From Candidatus Nanosynbacter lyticus (GTDB lineage: Bacteria > Patescibacteriota > Saccharimonadia > Saccharimonadales > Saccharimonadaceae), in NCBI RefSeq assembly GCF_000803625.1, contig NZ_CP007496.1, positions 240,001 to 272,000 of the forward strand: a DNA stretch of 32,000 nucleotides, given 5' to 3'. The translations under genes were made by a program, and so were the position numbers. The notes under the pieces were generated by a model. The model was not told where the DNA came from, searched no databases, and saw only the letters and a program-made list of their open reading frames with translations. How positions within the stretch are numbered: the first letter of the stretch is position 1; every line of letters begins with the position of its first letter. This document shows, piece by piece, positions 31,399-32,000 of the stretch.

Positions 31399-31409
31399 GA
31401 TAAGTAATC

Positions 31410-31667
31410 ATGAAGGAAACTGATACTTCTGCTAGTAAAACAGACGACTTTAATGCGGCAACGCTTTTGACTAAGACGATGATTGGTACGACGTGGCGGA
31501 TGTTTTTGCCGACAGTTGGTTTAACTTTGTTGGGATTGTGGCTGGATGATAGAACTGGACTAAGGCCTAAGTTGACGCTTATGGGGATTGTCATTGGCGT
31601 GATTGTTGCGGCTGTTCTGGTGTTTTTGCAAATTGCTAAGATTAAGCGACAGGAGTCGAATAAATGA
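31410..31667 (+). CDS. AtpZ/AtpI-like small membrane protein (ATP synthase operon leader gene)
   Basis: 85 aa with two TM helices. It lies immediately upstream of atpB and overlaps it as ATGA. Confidence 0.6.
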   Translation: MKETDTSASKTDDFNAATLLTKTMIGTTWRMFLPTVGLTLLGLWLDDRTGLRPKLTLMGIVIGVIVAAVLVFLQIAKIKRQESNK

Positions 31668-32000
31668 TTAATTACATAGCAAGTGCTGGTCCGCACATTT
31701 CGGTAAAAGTTGACGAAGTTTTTAATATAGCTGGCGTATCAATAACTAATTCTCATCTGGTTGGGATCTTAGGTTTGGTGGCGCTAGTATGGCTAATGTT
31801 CCGCACGCGAGTAGCAGTTTTAGGGAAAAAGAAGCATAATTTTGCAACCATGTTGGCCCAGTGGACTTTTGATGGACTATATAATACTGTTCATCAGGTT
31901 ATTCCTGACGAGAAGTGGGCGCGTAAAGTAGCGCCGTTATGTATTACCCTGTTCTTCTTTATTGTCGCACAGTACTGGCTGGGACTTTTGCCGATTGTTG
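31664..32000 (+). CDS. atpB: F0F1 ATP synthase subunit a, 5'-partial view (runs off the window end)
   Basis: My translation is MINYIASAGPHISVKVDEVFNIAGVSITNSHLVGILGLVALVWLMF...ITLFFFIVAQYWLGLLPIV. An AGGAG SD lies at 31651-31655. Context and hydrophobic pattern are typical of subunit a. Confidence 0.75.
   Translation, partial: MINYIASAGPHISVKVDEVFNIAGVSITNSHLVGILGLVALVWLMFRTRVAVLGKKKHNFATMLAQWTFDGLYNTVHQVIPDEKWARKVAPLCITLFFFIVAQYWLGLLPIV

Noticed and set aside
1-32000. CRISPR arrays, rRNA genes, transposase or integrase genes
   Set aside because: I saw no regularly spaced direct repeats, no rRNA-like conserved stretches and no recognisable recombinase ORFs in any frame of this window.

Overview
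The window is dense, mostly housekeeping bacterial DNA. Gene content and style suggest a small-genome, Gram-positive-like or CPR/Saccharibacteria-type organism, but that is only an inference. I call about 33 protein genes. These include pth, a COG0523 GTPase, der, a pseudouridine synthase, two histidine-kinase/REC-only regulator pairs, gltX, xth, two GT4 glycosyltransferases, smpB, an ABC-F ATPase, a sortase and the start of the atp operon. There are also two tRNAs, Glu-CUC and Leu-CAA.

Three things stand out.

(1) A roughly 0.7-kb compositionally distinct island (4432-5198) lies between the convergent COG0523 and der genes. On the minus strand it carries a TTGACA-17-TATAAA promoter, a long leader, an SD-led orphan 129-aa ORF and a complete type III hammerhead ribozyme motif (4435-4489). 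A 14/15 inverted repeat and a 13/14 direct repeat link the leader to the ribozyme's stem III. This looks like a slightly greater-than-unit-length copy of a 659-nt unit.

(2) A GC-rich, hairpin-containing 120-bp repeat is about 83% identical between two copies, with no gaps. One copy sits in-frame inside der and the other inside the ABC-F gene. The two copies have opposite orientations relative to their host reading frames, which resembles the Rickettsia palindromic elements (RPE).

(3) Nearly every first-in-operon gene has an extended -10 box (TGnTAnAnT) 6-11 nt upstream of its ATG (6-8 nt in 14 of the 20 cases) and no Shine-Dalgarno sequence. Internal operon genes do have clear SD sites. This implies widespread leaderless or near-leaderless translation initiation.

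All calls come from reading the sequence and ORF track by eye. No searches were run.
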